DNA of 64,000 nucleotides from NCBI GenBank assembly GCA_963802615.1, contig CAWDKC010000021.1:1-64000 (forward strand), in the 5' to 3' direction. A model generated the notes under the pieces. That model was not told the origin of the DNA and searched no databases. It saw nothing but the letters and a program-made list of their open reading frames with translations. This document shows, one piece after another, positions 52,011-62,949 of this stretch (positions are counted from its first letter, which is position 1; each line of letters starts with the position of its first letter). Source of the DNA: an uncultured Alphaproteobacteria bacterium. Lineage in GTDB: Bacteria; Pseudomonadota; Alphaproteobacteria; Rhizobiales; Beijerinckiaceae. The translations under genes and the position numbers were made by a program.

Positions 52011-53486
52011 TTACAGGTACATCGCCCCGGCTTCGGCCGCGAAGCGGCCAGGCTCGCCCTCCCAGACGATCCGGCCATGCTCAAGCACGTAGACGCGGTC
52101 CGCGTGAGGCAGGGCGAAGGTGACGTTCTGCTCGCCGAGCAGCACGGTGATCTCGGTCGTCTGACGAAGCCGCTCGAGCGCCTTTGAAATCTGCTCCATG
52201 ATGACGGGGGCGAGGCCCAGCGTCGGCTCATCGAGGATCAAAAGATCAGGCTTCATCATCAGCGCCCGGGCGATGGTGAGCATCTGCTGCTCGCCTCCCG
52301 ACAAGGTCGCCGCGGTCTGGCTCTGCCGCTCTTTCAGGATCGGGAACAGGGCGAACAGCCATTCCCGACGCTCGGCCCGGTCCTCGTCTGCGAGCCGTTG
52401 CCCGCCCATGTCCAGATTCTCGCTGACCGTCATCAGGCCGAACAGTTCGCGATTCTCCGGCGACTGCACGATTCCTGCGCGCGCGATCATTGCGGCCGTC
52501 CTGCCCCGGAGCGATCGACCTTGTCGGCGGATCTCGCCGGCATAAGGGACGAGGCCCGAGACGGCGTTGAACAGCGTCGTCTTGCCGGCGCCGTTCAGTC
52601 CGACGATCGCGACGAATTCCCCGTGATGCACATGGAGCGAGACATTTTCGAGCGCCTGCGCCTTGTCATAGACGACGCTGAGATCGTCGATTGCGAGAAA
52701 CGGCGTTTGGCTGTCGTCGAAAGCGGATTCCGGGCGGGCCGCTGTCTCGATCGCTCCACCGAGATAGACTTTGCGCACGGTCTCGTCGGCCATCACCTCC
52801 TCGACCGAGCCCTCAGCGATCTTTTCCCCGACGTGCATGGCGTAAACGCGGTCGACGAGCGCGGAGATGCTTTTCACGTTGTGATCGACGATGAGCACCG
52901 CCCGCCCATCGTCGCGCATTTCGGTGATGAGCTTGGCGAAGGATGCGGTCTCGCGCGCGGTCAAGCCCGCGAACGGCTCGTCGATCAGCACCACCTGGGG
53001 ATCGCGGGCGATCGCCTTGGCGATCTCGATCTTGCGCAAGTCCGCGAACGGCAGCGTCGCCGGGCGCCGATTGAGCACCCCGGTCAGGCCGACCCGCTCG
53101 GCGATCGCGCGCGCCCGCGCGTCAGCGGCGGCGCGGGGAAGAAGGTGCAGCAATCGATCAGGCAACAGCCCAAGCAGGATGTTCTCGAGCACCGTCTGCC
53201 GATGCAGCGGACGCGAATGCTGGAACACCATGCCGACGCCGAGCCGGGCGATCCGGTGCGGCGGCCAGCCCGCGACCTCACGGGCATCGATCCGAACCGA
53301 TCCCGCATCGGGCCGCTCGACGCCGAGGATCGACTTCATCACCGTCGACTTGCCCGATCCATTCGGTCCGATGAGCCCGAGAATTTCTCCGGCATGAACC
53401 GAGAAGCTGACGTCCTTCACAGCCGTGAGGCCGCCGAACCGCTTCTGGAGCCCGTTGACCTCGAGCCTTGCCGGGCTGGCGTTCAT
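52011..53486 (-). CDS. Liv-type ABC transporter ATP-binding protein with fused LivG-like and LivF-like domains
   Basis: Two Walker A sites (GPNGSGKST, GLNGAGKTT) and two LSGGE signatures in one 491-aa ORF. Confidence 0.85.
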   Translation of the reverse strand: MNASPARLEVNGLQKRFGGLTAVKDVSFSVHAGEILGLIGPNGSGKSTVMKSILGVERPDAGSVRIDAREVAGWPPHRIARLGVGMVFQHSRPLHRQTVLENILLGLLPDRLLHLLPRAAADARARAIAERVGLTGVLNRRPATLPFADLRKIEIAKAIARDPQVVLIDEPFAGLTARETASFAKLITEMRDDGRAVLIVDHNVKSISALVDRVYAMHVGEKIAEGSVEEVMADETVRKVYLGGAIETAARPESAFDDSQTPFLAIDDLSVVYDKAQALENVSLHVHHGEFVAIVGLNGAGKTTLFNAVSGLVPYAGEIRRQGRSLRGRTAAMIARAGIVQSPENRELFGLMTVSENLDMGGQRLADEDRAERREWLFALFPILKERQSQTAATLSGGEQQMLTIARALMMKPDLLILDEPTLGLAPVIMEQISKALERLRQTTEITVLLGEQNVTFALPHADRVYVLEHGRIVWEGEPGRFAAEAGAMYL

Positions 53487-54412
53487 GTCGCCTCCCGCGC
53501 GCCCTTGACCATGCCGAGCAACCCGGCCGGGAAGAAGAGAACGACAAAGAGTGCGACCGCCGAGACTATGAAGGTGGCGAGATCGCCGAGCGGCCTTAAG
53601 CTCTCGCCGAGCGCCACCAGAAACACCGCCCCCAGCACCGCGCCGAGAATGGTGCGACGTCCGCCAAGCACGGCGCCGATGATCACCTGCACCCCGACGG
53701 TGACGTCGACGAACGTGCCCACCGACGCCGTGCCGAGATAGAACGCCATCAGCGCGCCAGCGAGGCCGGAGAAAAACGCGCTGACCAGGAACGCCGCCAG
53801 CTTGTGCTTGGTGACGTTGAACCCGAGCGCGCCGGCCTGCACGGGGTCCTGCCCGCTCGCCTGAAGGATAAGGCCGACCGGCGAGCGCGTGAGCCCGTAG
53901 AGGATTGCGCCGCTGACCGCCATCAAGCCGAGCGCGATCCAGTAATTGACCTTGTCGTCGATCGAGATGACGTCGGGAATCGTGAGGCCGATTTCGCCGC
54001 CGGTCAGGCTCGCCGCGACGACGATGAAGTTTTGCAGGATCAGCACGGCGACAAGCGTGGTGAGGCCGAAATACGGCCCTCGCACGCGCAGCGCCGGCAA
54101 GGCCAGCACCAGCCCGCCGATCATCGCCGCCAGCACGCCCGCCGCAACGCAGAGCGCGATCGGCGGCTGATAGAGGTTGTCCAGGATGCCCGCGGTGTAA
54201 GCGCCGAGCCCGATCAGGAACGAGGGACCGAAGTTCACTTCGTTGGCGAAGCCGAACAACAGGTCCCAGGCCATCGAGAAGACGCCGAAGAAATAGGCGA
54301 CGGTGAGCAGCCCCAGCACATAGCCCGAGACGTAGAGCGGCAGCGTCGCGGCGATCAGGACAACGATCAGGCTGATCAGGACCGGCGGGGACACGAGCGC
54401 GCGGCGCAGCAT
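53483..54412 (-). CDS. Liv-type ABC transporter permease (LivM-like)
   Basis: Hydrophobic 309-aa ORF; HAAT-family permease pattern. Confidence 0.85.
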   Translation of the reverse strand: MLRRALVSPPVLISLIVVLIAATLPLYVSGYVLGLLTVAYFFGVFSMAWDLLFGFANEVNFGPSFLIGLGAYTAGILDNLYQPPIALCVAAGVLAAMIGGLVLALPALRVRGPYFGLTTLVAVLILQNFIVVAASLTGGEIGLTIPDVISIDDKVNYWIALGLMAVSGAILYGLTRSPVGLILQASGQDPVQAGALGFNVTKHKLAAFLVSAFFSGLAGALMAFYLGTASVGTFVDVTVGVQVIIGAVLGGRRTILGAVLGAVFLVALGESLRPLGDLATFIVSAVALFVVLFFPAGLLGMVKGAREAT

Positions 54413-54414
54413 GG

Positions 54415-55293
54415 CTAACGCCGGCCTAACAAGCCACGCGGGCGGACGTACATCACCGCAACCAGGAGCAGGAGCGCGGGGATCGCGCGATAGGCCGGCG
54501 AAATCAGATAAGCGGTCAGCGTCTCGAGATAGCCGACGATGTAAGCCGCGATCAGCGAGCCGGAGACGCTGCCAAGTCCGCCCAGGACGACGATCGAGAA
54601 CGCGCTCGCTGTGAGCGGACCGGCGCTATAGGAGGAGACGCCGAGGAACATGCCGAGCAGCACGCCGGCGACGCCGGCGAGCGCGCCATAGATCGCCCAT
54701 ACGCCGACATAGACGGTGGACAATTCAATGCCGAGCAGCGTGACGCCGCGGGGATTCATCGATGCGGCGAGCACGGCCTTTCCGGCCCGCGTCCGATTGA
54801 CGAACAGCCATAAGCCTCCGATCGTCGCCCAGCAGACAAGCGCGGTGAAGATCTCATTCGCCGGCGTGCGCACCCCTAAGATCCTGACCACGCCGTCAAC
54901 AATCGGCAGCACGGTCTTGGCGTTGTTGGTGAAGAGATAGGCGATCGCCTCCTGGATCATGATGCCCCAGAGCAGCGTCGCGGTGAGGATGAAGATCTCC
55001 TTCTCCTCTTCGCGCACCGCGCGCGACAATTGCAGGCGCCGGACGATGAGATAATAGGTCGCAAGCGCCAGCAGGAGCGCGACGGCGACCCCAAACACGG
55101 CGGCGAGATAGGCGCCTGCCCCGAAATTTCCCGAAGCCGCCCAGGCGGCGACCGCGGCCGCGACCATGATCGCCCCGTGCGAAAGGTTGAGCACCCCGGT
55201 GACGCCGAAAATCAGGGTGAAGCCGGTCGCGCCCAAGGCGTAGAGCGAGGAGATCGCAAAGCCATCGATCAGGATCTGCCAGAACAGCATCAA
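54415..55293 (-). CDS. Liv-type ABC transporter permease (LivH-like)
   Basis: MMLFWQILIDGFAISSLYALGATGFTLIFGVTGVLNLSHGA. Confidence 0.85.
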   Translation of the reverse strand: MMLFWQILIDGFAISSLYALGATGFTLIFGVTGVLNLSHGAIMVAAAVAAWAASGNFGAGAYLAAVFGVAVALLLALATYYLIVRRLQLSRAVREEEKEIFILTATLLWGIMIQEAIAYLFTNNAKTVLPIVDGVVRILGVRTPANEIFTALVCWATIGGLWLFVNRTRAGKAVLAASMNPRGVTLLGIELSTVYVGVWAIYGALAGVAGVLLGMFLGVSSYSAGPLTASAFSIVVLGGLGSVSGSLIAAYIVGYLETLTAYLISPAYRAIPALLLLVAVMYVRPRGLLGRR

Positions 55294-55346
55294 GCGTCCC
55301 GCCGCCTTAAGCCGCTAAGGTTGGACGGCGGCGGGTTTGCCCGCGG

Positions 55347-56616
55347 TCACTTGCCCGAGGCGAACTTGACGAAGGACGGGAATTCGAGCTTGCCGTTGGC
55401 GAGATCCGCCGGCCACATGTTGACCTGCTTGCCGTCCTGCCATTGCAGCATGAGACCAGTGATGAAGCCCTTGCCGGTTTTCAGCCCATGCACATGGGGA
55501 TCGCCCTTCGGCAGGAACTCAATCCGGCCGATCGTGCCGACGGTGTCGGTCTTCTCCATCGCATCGACAAGCTTGTCGCTGTCGTTGCTTCCGGCGCGCT
55601 TGATCGCGTCGGCGATGATGTAGACGTCGTCGTAAGCGGTGTAGCCGCAATAGGAAGGCATATTGCCGAACTTCTTGGCGAAGGCGTCGACGAACGGGAG
55701 CGTCTTGGGCGTGACCGCGACCCCTGGACCCGATACAGCCTGGTAGATCACGCCTTCGGTCGCGCCGTTGGTGTCTTTCCAGAAGGTGGAGTTGGTCGCC
55801 TGCGAGGCGATGCCGAACATCGGGATCGGCACCTGCTGGCTCTTCCATTGCACGGTCGGCTGGGTGCCGACATGTGAAATGCCGGTGATGATGACGTCGG
55901 GCTTCTGGCCCTCGATCTTGTTGAAGATCGGGGTGAAATCTGTGGTGTCGGGCGAGAAGCGGATGTGGTCGAGCACTTTGAGCCCGATCTTCGGCAGGCA
56001 GGCCTCGTAGCCGGCGTCGAGCGGCGTCGTCCAGGCGGCGTCTTCGCTCATGATCACCGCCGTCTTCATCTTGAGGCCGTCGACCAGCATGTCCTTGGCG
56101 GCGTCGCACGTAAGCCTCGCCAGCGCCCCCGACGTCAGATAGCCGTGGAAGGTGTATTTGTTGTGCTCGTAGTCCTTGGCGATGTTTTGCGGTGATGACG
56201 TCGGACGCTGCGCCGGGCGTGATGAAGACGGTCTTGAGGCGCGCCGCCCACGGTTCGAGCGCCAGCACGACCTCGCTGATGTAACTGCCGATCACCGCAT
56301 TGACATGATCCTCGTTGACCGCGCGCTGGAACGCGCGCACCGACTCGGCCGAGGACGAATGGTTGTCGTAGGAGACGATCTCGATCTTGCGCCCGTTGAC
56401 GCCGCCCTTGGCGTTGATCTCGTCGGCGGCGAGCTGGGCTGCTTGCGGGATCGAGGAACCCGCGACCGCCTGCGCCTCTGCGATCACGCCGATCTTGATC
56501 GGCGCCTCGTCCGCCCAAACTGATTGGCTGAGGGCGAGTGCAAGAACGGCCGCACCCACTCCGATCACGCCGCGCAGGCCGACTGAGCGTTGCGCGACGG
56601 TTTTGTATGGCGTCAT
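55347..56616 (-). CDS. ABC transporter substrate-binding protein (Leu/Ile/Val-binding family), frame break about 56100-56200
   Basis: N-terminus MTPYKTVAQRSVGLRGVIGVGAAVLALALSQSVWADEAPIKIGVIAE.. in the frame of ORF 55519..56892; C-terminal 247 aa in ORF 55347..56090. Confidence 0.8.
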
Positions 56617-56844
56617 TTTATCCTCCCGGAACCGTGTTCGCCCTCGACTAAGCTTACGCGCCCGTCTCGGCGTCCGTGTCGCCCCTTGGGGCCAACGCTG
56701 CAATGTTCGCCCTCTCGATGCAAGCGGATTTCGGGCGCTCCGATCAGGCGCCAATCTACGCGCTGCGATCTGCCGCGCAGCGCATCCCCGCGAGCTTGAT
56801 TCAGAAGCTTCCCATCGACGCCCTGGCGTCGAGAAAACCGGCGC

Positions 56845-56974
56845 TACTGAAAGAGCTTCATCGCGTTGACCAGGGTTCCGTAGATGCCCCACAGGAGCGG
56901 GATGCCGACGAAACCCCAGGCCAAAACCAACTCAAGGGTGGTGGTGGCGCTGCCGGCCGTTGTTGTCAAAGCTC
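56845..56974 (-). CDS. possible 40-aa single-TM small subunit partner of the OFA-family transporter
   Basis: GGAGG then ATG/TTG; ..LELVLAWGFVGIPLLWGIYGTLVNAMKLFQ-stop. The W-x-x-VGIPL-x-WG..NA-x-KLF pattern recalls small ORFs annotated next to OFA transporters. Confidence 0.35.
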
Positions 56975-56984
56975 ATGTCCGCCT

Positions 56985-58374
56985 CCCTCAAGCCACGCCG
57001 ACAAGCGTCGTCGACCGTCTCGAGCTCCATATGATGGCGGTCGTCGACCGCCTTGATCAGGAAATTGGCGATGAAGCCGACCACCAGAAGCCCGGCCATG
57101 ATGTACATCGTGACATTATAGGCCTGCGCCTTCGGGACGCCGCTGTCGATCTGGTATTGCCGGATGTAGTTGACCAGAACCGGGCCGAGCACGCCCGCCA
57201 CCGACCAGGCCGTGATCAGCCACCCGTGGATCGCGCCGACGTAGCGGGTGCCGAACATGTCCTGGAGATAGGCCGGCACGGTGGCGAAGCCGCCGCCGTA
57301 CATGCTGAGGATGACGCAGAAGCACAGGACGAACAGCGGCAGATTGCCGAGCGCCGCCGAAGTAGGGCACGAGCGCATAGAGCACGAATCCCGAGCAGCG
57401 AAGAACACGAAATAGGTGTTCTTGCGGCCGATGTAGTCCGAGGTCGAGGCCCAGAAGAAGCGGCCGCCCATGTTGAAGAGGCTGAGCAGGCCGACGAAGC
57501 CGCCCGCGGCGGCGGCGGTGACGCGGCCCGGGAACATTTCCTGGCTCATCGCCGAGGCCTGGCCGAGCACGCCGATGCCCGCCGTCACGTTCATGCACAG
57601 CACGATCCAGATCAGCCAGAACTGCGGCGTCTTCAGCGCCTGATAGACGTAGACGTCCCTGGTGGTGACGAGCTTCTTGGGCTGGGCCGGCGGCAACGTA
57701 GCCCTCGGGCTTCCATCCCGGCGCCGGCACGCGCACGATCGCCGACGCCGACCAGCATGAAGAAAGCATAGACGATCCCGAGCACCACAAAGGTCTCGGC
57801 GACCCCGACATGGGTCGGGGTCGAGAAGCGGCTCATCAGCCAGACCGAAAGCGGGGAGGCGATCATCGCGCCGCCGCCGAAGCCCATGATCGCCATGCCG
57901 GTCGCCATGCCCGGCCGGTCGGGGAACCATTTGATCAGCGTCGACACCGGCGAGATGTAGCCCAGGCCCAGGCCGACGCCGCCGAGCACGCCGTAGCCGA
58001 GATAGACGATCCAGAGCTGGTGCACGCTACACCCCGTAGGCGCTGACCAGGAAGCCGCCGCCGAAGCACAGCGCGGCGGTGAACATCGCTCGGCGCGGGC
58101 CGCCTTCCTCGACCCAGCGACCGAGCAGCGCCGCCGAAGCGCCGAGGAAGAAAATGGCGATCGAGAAGATCCAGCCCAGCTCGGTCAGCTTCCAGTCGTC
58201 AGGCGCGGATTTGGTGATGCCGATCAGCTTGGTCATCGGCAGGTTGAAGACGCTGAACGCGTAAACCTGGCCGATGCAAAGGTGGATGCACAGCGCCGCC
58301 GGGGGAACCATCCACCGGCTGAAACCGGGTTTCGCGATCGTATGGCTTCGGTCCAGAATCGATAAAAATGCCAT
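56985..58374 (-). CDS. MFS transporter of the oxalate/formate antiporter (OFA) family, at least three frame breaks
   Basis: N-terminus MAFLSILDRSHTIAKPGFSRWMVPPAALCIHLCIGQVYAFSVFN (ORF 58027..58374); middle in ORF 57633..58025; C-terminal half in ORF 56932..57930. Confidence 0.75.
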
Positions 58375-58584
58375 TTGACGTCCCGCCCTCGTTTTTTGGT
58401 TTTAGAGTTGCCTATCCGCGGCAGTTTGGCAATGCCCGCTGGCTTGTTTGCACTAAGTATATTTTCCTATTGACGCGAGTTTTGCGACGTTCGCGGCGAT
58501 CCATCCGACATCCTCGTCCGCAGCCTTCACATTCCTGTCATGGGCGGTCGCGATAGAAGAGGCTCGCACGCCCAAGGAGCCCCC

Positions 58585-60207
58585 ATGTCCGCCGCATTCG
58601 ACGCTCGACTCGGCCCGCACGCCGAAGCGCCGGTGAAGCCGCATCTCAATCAGCCGGTCGACCCTCGATTTGCGCTTGGCATCCTCGCTGTCCTCGCGCT
58701 TGGCCTGTTCTACATGGCCTATTCGATCCGGTCGGACATTTCGTGCCGCTGGCGGCGGACCGACGACCATCCTGCCGTTCATTCTGCTCGGCGTCGCGTT
58801 GCTGATCGCGCTCGGCTTCGAGTTCGTCAACGGTTTCCACGACACCGCGAACGCGGTCGCCACCGTCATCTACACCCACGCCTTGCCGGCGCAGGTCGCG
58901 GTCGTGTGGTCGGGGTGCTGGAATCTCCTCGGCGTGCTGGCTTCGACCGGCGCGGTGGCGTTCGGCATCGTCTCGCTGCTGCCGGTGGAGCTCATCCTTC
59001 AGGTCGGCTCCGCGCGCGGGCTACGCAATGGTGTTTGCGCTGCTCATTTCCGCGATCATCTGGAACCTGGGCACCTGGTGGCTGGGCATTCCCGCTTCGA
59101 GCTCGCACACCCTGATCGGGTCGATCGTCGGCGTCGGCGTCGCCAACGCGCTCATCCGCGGCCAGAACGGCACGGCCGGCGTGGACTGGGATCAGGTCAC
59201 CAAGGTCGGCGAGGCGCTGCTTGTTCTCGCCGCTGTTCGGCTTCGCCCTTTCGGCGCTGCTGCTGCTCGCGATGAAGGCGGTCATCCGCGTGCCGGAGCT
59301 TTACACCGCTCCGAAGACGAACAAGCCGCCGTCGATCTGGATCCGCGGGCTGCTGATCCTCACCTGCACGCTGGTCTCGTTCTTCCATGGCTCGAACGAC
59401 GGTCAGAAGGGCATGGGTCTCATCATGCTGATCCTGATCGGCGTCGCGCCGACGGCTTATGCGCTGAACCGCGCGCCGTCCGAAGGTCACGCCGCCCAGT
59501 TCGTTTCCGCCGCGCACGCCGCTTCGAAGATCGTCGAAGCCCATGGCGCCGGATACAATGTCACCGGCGATCCCCGCCCGGCGGTGACCGAATACATTCA
59601 TTCGCACACGATCTCGGAAGGCACTTATCCGTCGCTTGCGGTCCTGACCAAGGAGATCAGCAACTCGGTCGAGCAATATGGCTCCGTCGCCAGGACGCCG
59701 CTCGACAAGGTCCAGAACCTTCGTAACGACATGTATCTCGCCTCGGAGGGTTTCCGGGTCCTGGCGAAGGACAAGGAGAGCGAGCTGTCGGCCGCGGACA
59801 AGGCGCAGATCGGCGCCTTCAAGAAGGAGCTCGATGGAGCGACCAAGTTCATCCCGCTCTGGGTCAAGATCTGCGTGGCGATCGCGCTCGGTCTCGGCAC
59901 GATGGTCGGCTGGAAGCGCATCGTCATCACCGTCGGCGAAAAGATCGGCAAGACCCACCTGACCTACGGCCAGGGCGCGGCGGCGGAAATCGTGGCGGCG
60001 GCGACGATCGGCGCGGCGGACGGCTTCGGCCTGCCGGTGTCGACGACGCACGTTCTGTCGTCCGGCGTCGCCGGGACGATGGTGGCCAACGGGTCGGGCA
60101 TGCAATGGTCGACGGTCCGCAGCATCGCGCTCGCCTGGGTGCTGACGCTGCCGGCGGCGATGATCATGTCCGGCCTGCTGTACGTGATCTTCCGCCAGAT
60201 TTTCTGA
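58585..60207 (+). CDS. pitA: low-affinity inorganic phosphate transporter (PiT family), three frame breaks
   Basis: GFEFVNGFHDTANAVATVIYT (ORF 58670..59275); second repeat FFHGSNDGQKGMGLIMLIL and C-terminus in ORF 59221..60207. Confidence 0.8.
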
Positions 60208-60246
60208 GAGGCTTCGGCGCTCGCCCCCAAACCTTTAGCCCTTCAC

Positions 60247-60278
60247 AACGCCGCCGATTTCGGCGGCGTTGTTGTTTC
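60247..60278 (+). terminator. hairpin terminator after pitA
   Basis: aacgccgccg-attt-cggcggcgtt followed by GTTGTTTCC. Confidence 0.5.
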
Positions 60279-60419
60279 CGGCGCTCCGTTCCTGCTCGAC
60301 GCCCGATCGCCTTGCGCCGCTCCGCCATCGACAGGACGGAAGCAGGACGACGAACTTCGGACGCCGTGGTAGGAGGAGCAATCCGAACACCGGCGACGGC
60401 GGCGACAAGAGGCGAGAGA

Positions 60420-61805
60420 TGGCCACGATTGACGACATTCTTTCCGCCATCGACTCCGGTCAAAAGGCCGCGCTCGATCGGCTGTTCGCCTTTCTGTCGA
60501 TCCCCTCGATTTCCGCCGTGCCGGCGCATTTCCCCGATTGCGAGCGGGCCGCGGACTGGCTGGTCACGGAGCTCGGCGATCTCGGATTCGAGGCGGCCAA
60601 GCGCCCGACCGCTGGCCGTCCGATGGTCGTGGGCCATATCAAGGCCGCGCGCCGCGAGGCGCCGCATGTCCTGTTTTACGGCCACTACGACGTGCAGCCG
60701 GTCGATCCGTTGGCTCTCTGGCGCAATCCGCCGTTCGAGCCCAGGCTCGAGACCGGGCCGCAATGGCGAAGAGATCGTGGCGCGAGGGGCCAGCGACGAC
60801 AAAGGCCAGCTCATGACCTTTCTCGAAGCCTGCCGCGCCTTCAGGCAGTTCGGCGGCCCGCCCTGCCATATCACCGTGCTGTTCGAAGGCGAGGAGGAGA
60901 CGGGATCGCCGTCGCTGGCGGCGTTTCTCGCCGAGAACGCGAAAGAGCTGAAGGCCGATGTCGCGCTGGTTTGCGACACAGGAATGTGGGACCGCTCCAC
61001 GCCGGCGATCACCATCGCGTTGCGCGGAATCGCCGCCGAAGAGGTCATCCTTACGGGCGCCAATCGAGATCTGCACTCCGGTCTTTACGGCGGCTTGGCC
61101 GTCAATCCGATCCATGTGCTGTCGCGGATCCTCTCCGAGCTGCACGACGATGCCGGCGCGGTCGCGATCCCCGGCTTCTATGATGGCGTCGAAGAGCTTC
61201 CACAGGAGCTCGCGGACCAGTGGCGCGAGCTCGAGTTCGACGGCGGGGCGTTCCTGCGCGAAGTCGGCCTGACGACGCCGGCTGGCGAACGCGACCGCTC
61301 GCCGCTCGAGGTTCTTTGGTCGCGGCCGACCTGCGAGGTCAACGGGATTATCGGCGGCTATACCGGCGAGGGCACGAAGACCGTGTTGCCGGCCAGGGCG
61401 AGCGCGAAGATCACGTTCCGGCTCGTCGGCAAGCAGAACCCCGAGCGGATCCTCGAAGCTTTCCGCGCTTTCGTCACCTCCCGCCTGCCGCCCGACGTGA
61501 AGGCGGAATTCTCTGGCCATGGTGGCGGCAGTCCCGCCATCTCGCTGCCGATCAAGAACCAGGTGTTGCGGATCGCGCGCCGGGCGCTGGAAGCCGAATG
61601 GGAAAAGCCGGCGGCGCTGGTCGGCAGCGGCGGGTCGATCCCGATCGTTGGTTCGTTCAAGCGCGAACTCAGCATGGACAGCCTGCTGGTCGGCTTCGCG
61701 CTCGACGACGACCGCATCCACTCGCCAAACGAGAAATACGACCGGACGTCGTTCCATAAGGGGGCGCGCTCCTGGGCGCGCATCCTGGCGGCTATCGGGG
61801 CGTGA
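60420..61805 (+). CDS. M20-family (ArgE/DapE-like) dipeptidase, frame break near 60760
   Basis: MATIDDILSAI.. start in the frame of ORF 60269..61183, continuing in ORF 60105..61805 (GASDDKGQLM, EGEEETGSPS, HSPNEKY). Confidence 0.8.
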   Translation, partial: WPRLTTFFPPSTPVKRPRSIGCSPFCRSPRFPPCRRISPIASGPRTGWSRSSAISDSRRPSARPLAVRWSWAISRPRAARRRMSCFTATTTCSRSIRWLSGAIRRSSPGSRPGRNGEEIVARGASDDKGQLMTFLEACRAFRQFGGPPCHITVLFEGEEETGSPSLAAFLAENAKELKADVALVCDTGMWDRSTPAITIALRGIAAEEVILTGANRDLHSGLYGGLAVNPIHVLSRILSELHDDAGAVAIPGFYDGVEELPQELADQWRELEFDGGAFLREVGLTTPAGERDRSPLEVLWSRPTCEVNGIIGGYTGEGTKTVLPARASAKITFRLVGKQNPERILEAFRAFVTSRLPPDVKAEFSGHGGGSPAISLPIKNQVLRIARRALEAEWEKPAALVGSGGSIPIVGSFKRELSMDSLLVGFALDDDRIHSPNEKYDRTSFHKGARSWARILAAIGA

Positions 61806-61970
61806 CCATCGCGGGCAGGAAACTCGGTCGACTGGGATGTGCGTGAACGGCGGCGGGATCGACGGGGCGGTTGGCCTAGCCGCCATTTTACCGGCACGCC
61901 CTAATGGTTTCAGTGGCTTAAGACCCCGTTTAGTTCCGCGCTCACGATTGGGCGTTCGATGGATTGTGAT

Positions 61971-61990
61971 CTAATTAACTAATTAGTTAG
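61971..61990. other. AT-only palindromic segment ctaattaactaattagttag with stop codons in all six frames
   Basis: 14-bp perfect palindrome taactaattagtta at 61976-61989, about 100 bp upstream of folP. Confidence 0.5.
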
Positions 61991-62090
61991 GTTATAAACC
62001 CTGGACGCGCCAGCAATGTCCCGACGCGCCGCCGCGGCGCAGGGTTTCTGGGCGGTTGCGGCAGCCGCAAAGAGCCTGTAGCCGACGCTC

Positions 62091-62935
62091 ATGGTTCCCG
62101 ACCGCCGAGCACACCATCGCGACACGTTCTTGAGCGCGCTGAAGACTTCGCCCCAGCTCATGGGCATTCTCAACGTGACGCCGGATTCGTTCTCCGACGG
62201 CGGTCGCCATTCCGATCTCGCCGCAGCGGTCGCCCGCGCGCGAGCGATGGTCGCCGAGGGCGCGGCGATCGTCGATGTCGGCGGCGAATCGACAAGGCCA
62301 GGGCACGTTCCGGTTCCTGAAGACGAGGAGCTGAGGCGCGTGGTTCCGGCGCTCGAGGCTTTGTCCGCAGACTTGGACGCGCCGATCTCCATCGACACCA
62401 GCAAGGCCAAGGTCGCGCGCGAGGCGGCGCGGCTCGGCGCCTGCGTCATCAACGATGTCTGGGGCCTGCAGCGCGATCCCGGCATGGCGGACGCCGTGGC
62501 GGAGACGGGCTCGGCAGTCGTCATCATGCACAACCGGGACGAGGCGGATCCGGCGATCGACATCCTCGATGACGTCGAGCGCTTCTTCGAGCGCTCCCTC
62601 AACCTCGCCGCGGCGGCCGGCGCGCCCTTCAGCCGGATCCTGCTCGATCCCGGAATCGGCTTCGGCAAGACGCGACAGCAGAACCACGCCTGCATCTGGA
62701 ATCTCGACCGCTTCCGACGACTTGGGAGCGCCGATCCTGGTCGGGCTCTCGCGCAAGTCGTTCATCGGCGGAATCATCGACGCCGAGGTCGATCGGCGTC
62801 TGCCCGGCACGCTCGCCGCCGACACGATTGCGCTCATGCGAGGGGCTTCGGTGTTGCGCGTGCATGACGTGCTTGAAAACCGCGCGGCGCTCGCCGTCTT
62901 CATGGCGCTCAAGGGCGCGGCCGCGCCTCCCCCCG
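62091..62935 (+). CDS. folP: dihydropteroate synthase, frame break near 62700
   Basis: GILNVTPDSFSDGG, VDVGGESTRPG, GIGFGKT; C-terminus ..ASVLRVHDVLENRAAL in ORF 62455..63444. Confidence 0.85.
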
Positions 62936-62949
62936 CATCGGAGTCCAAC

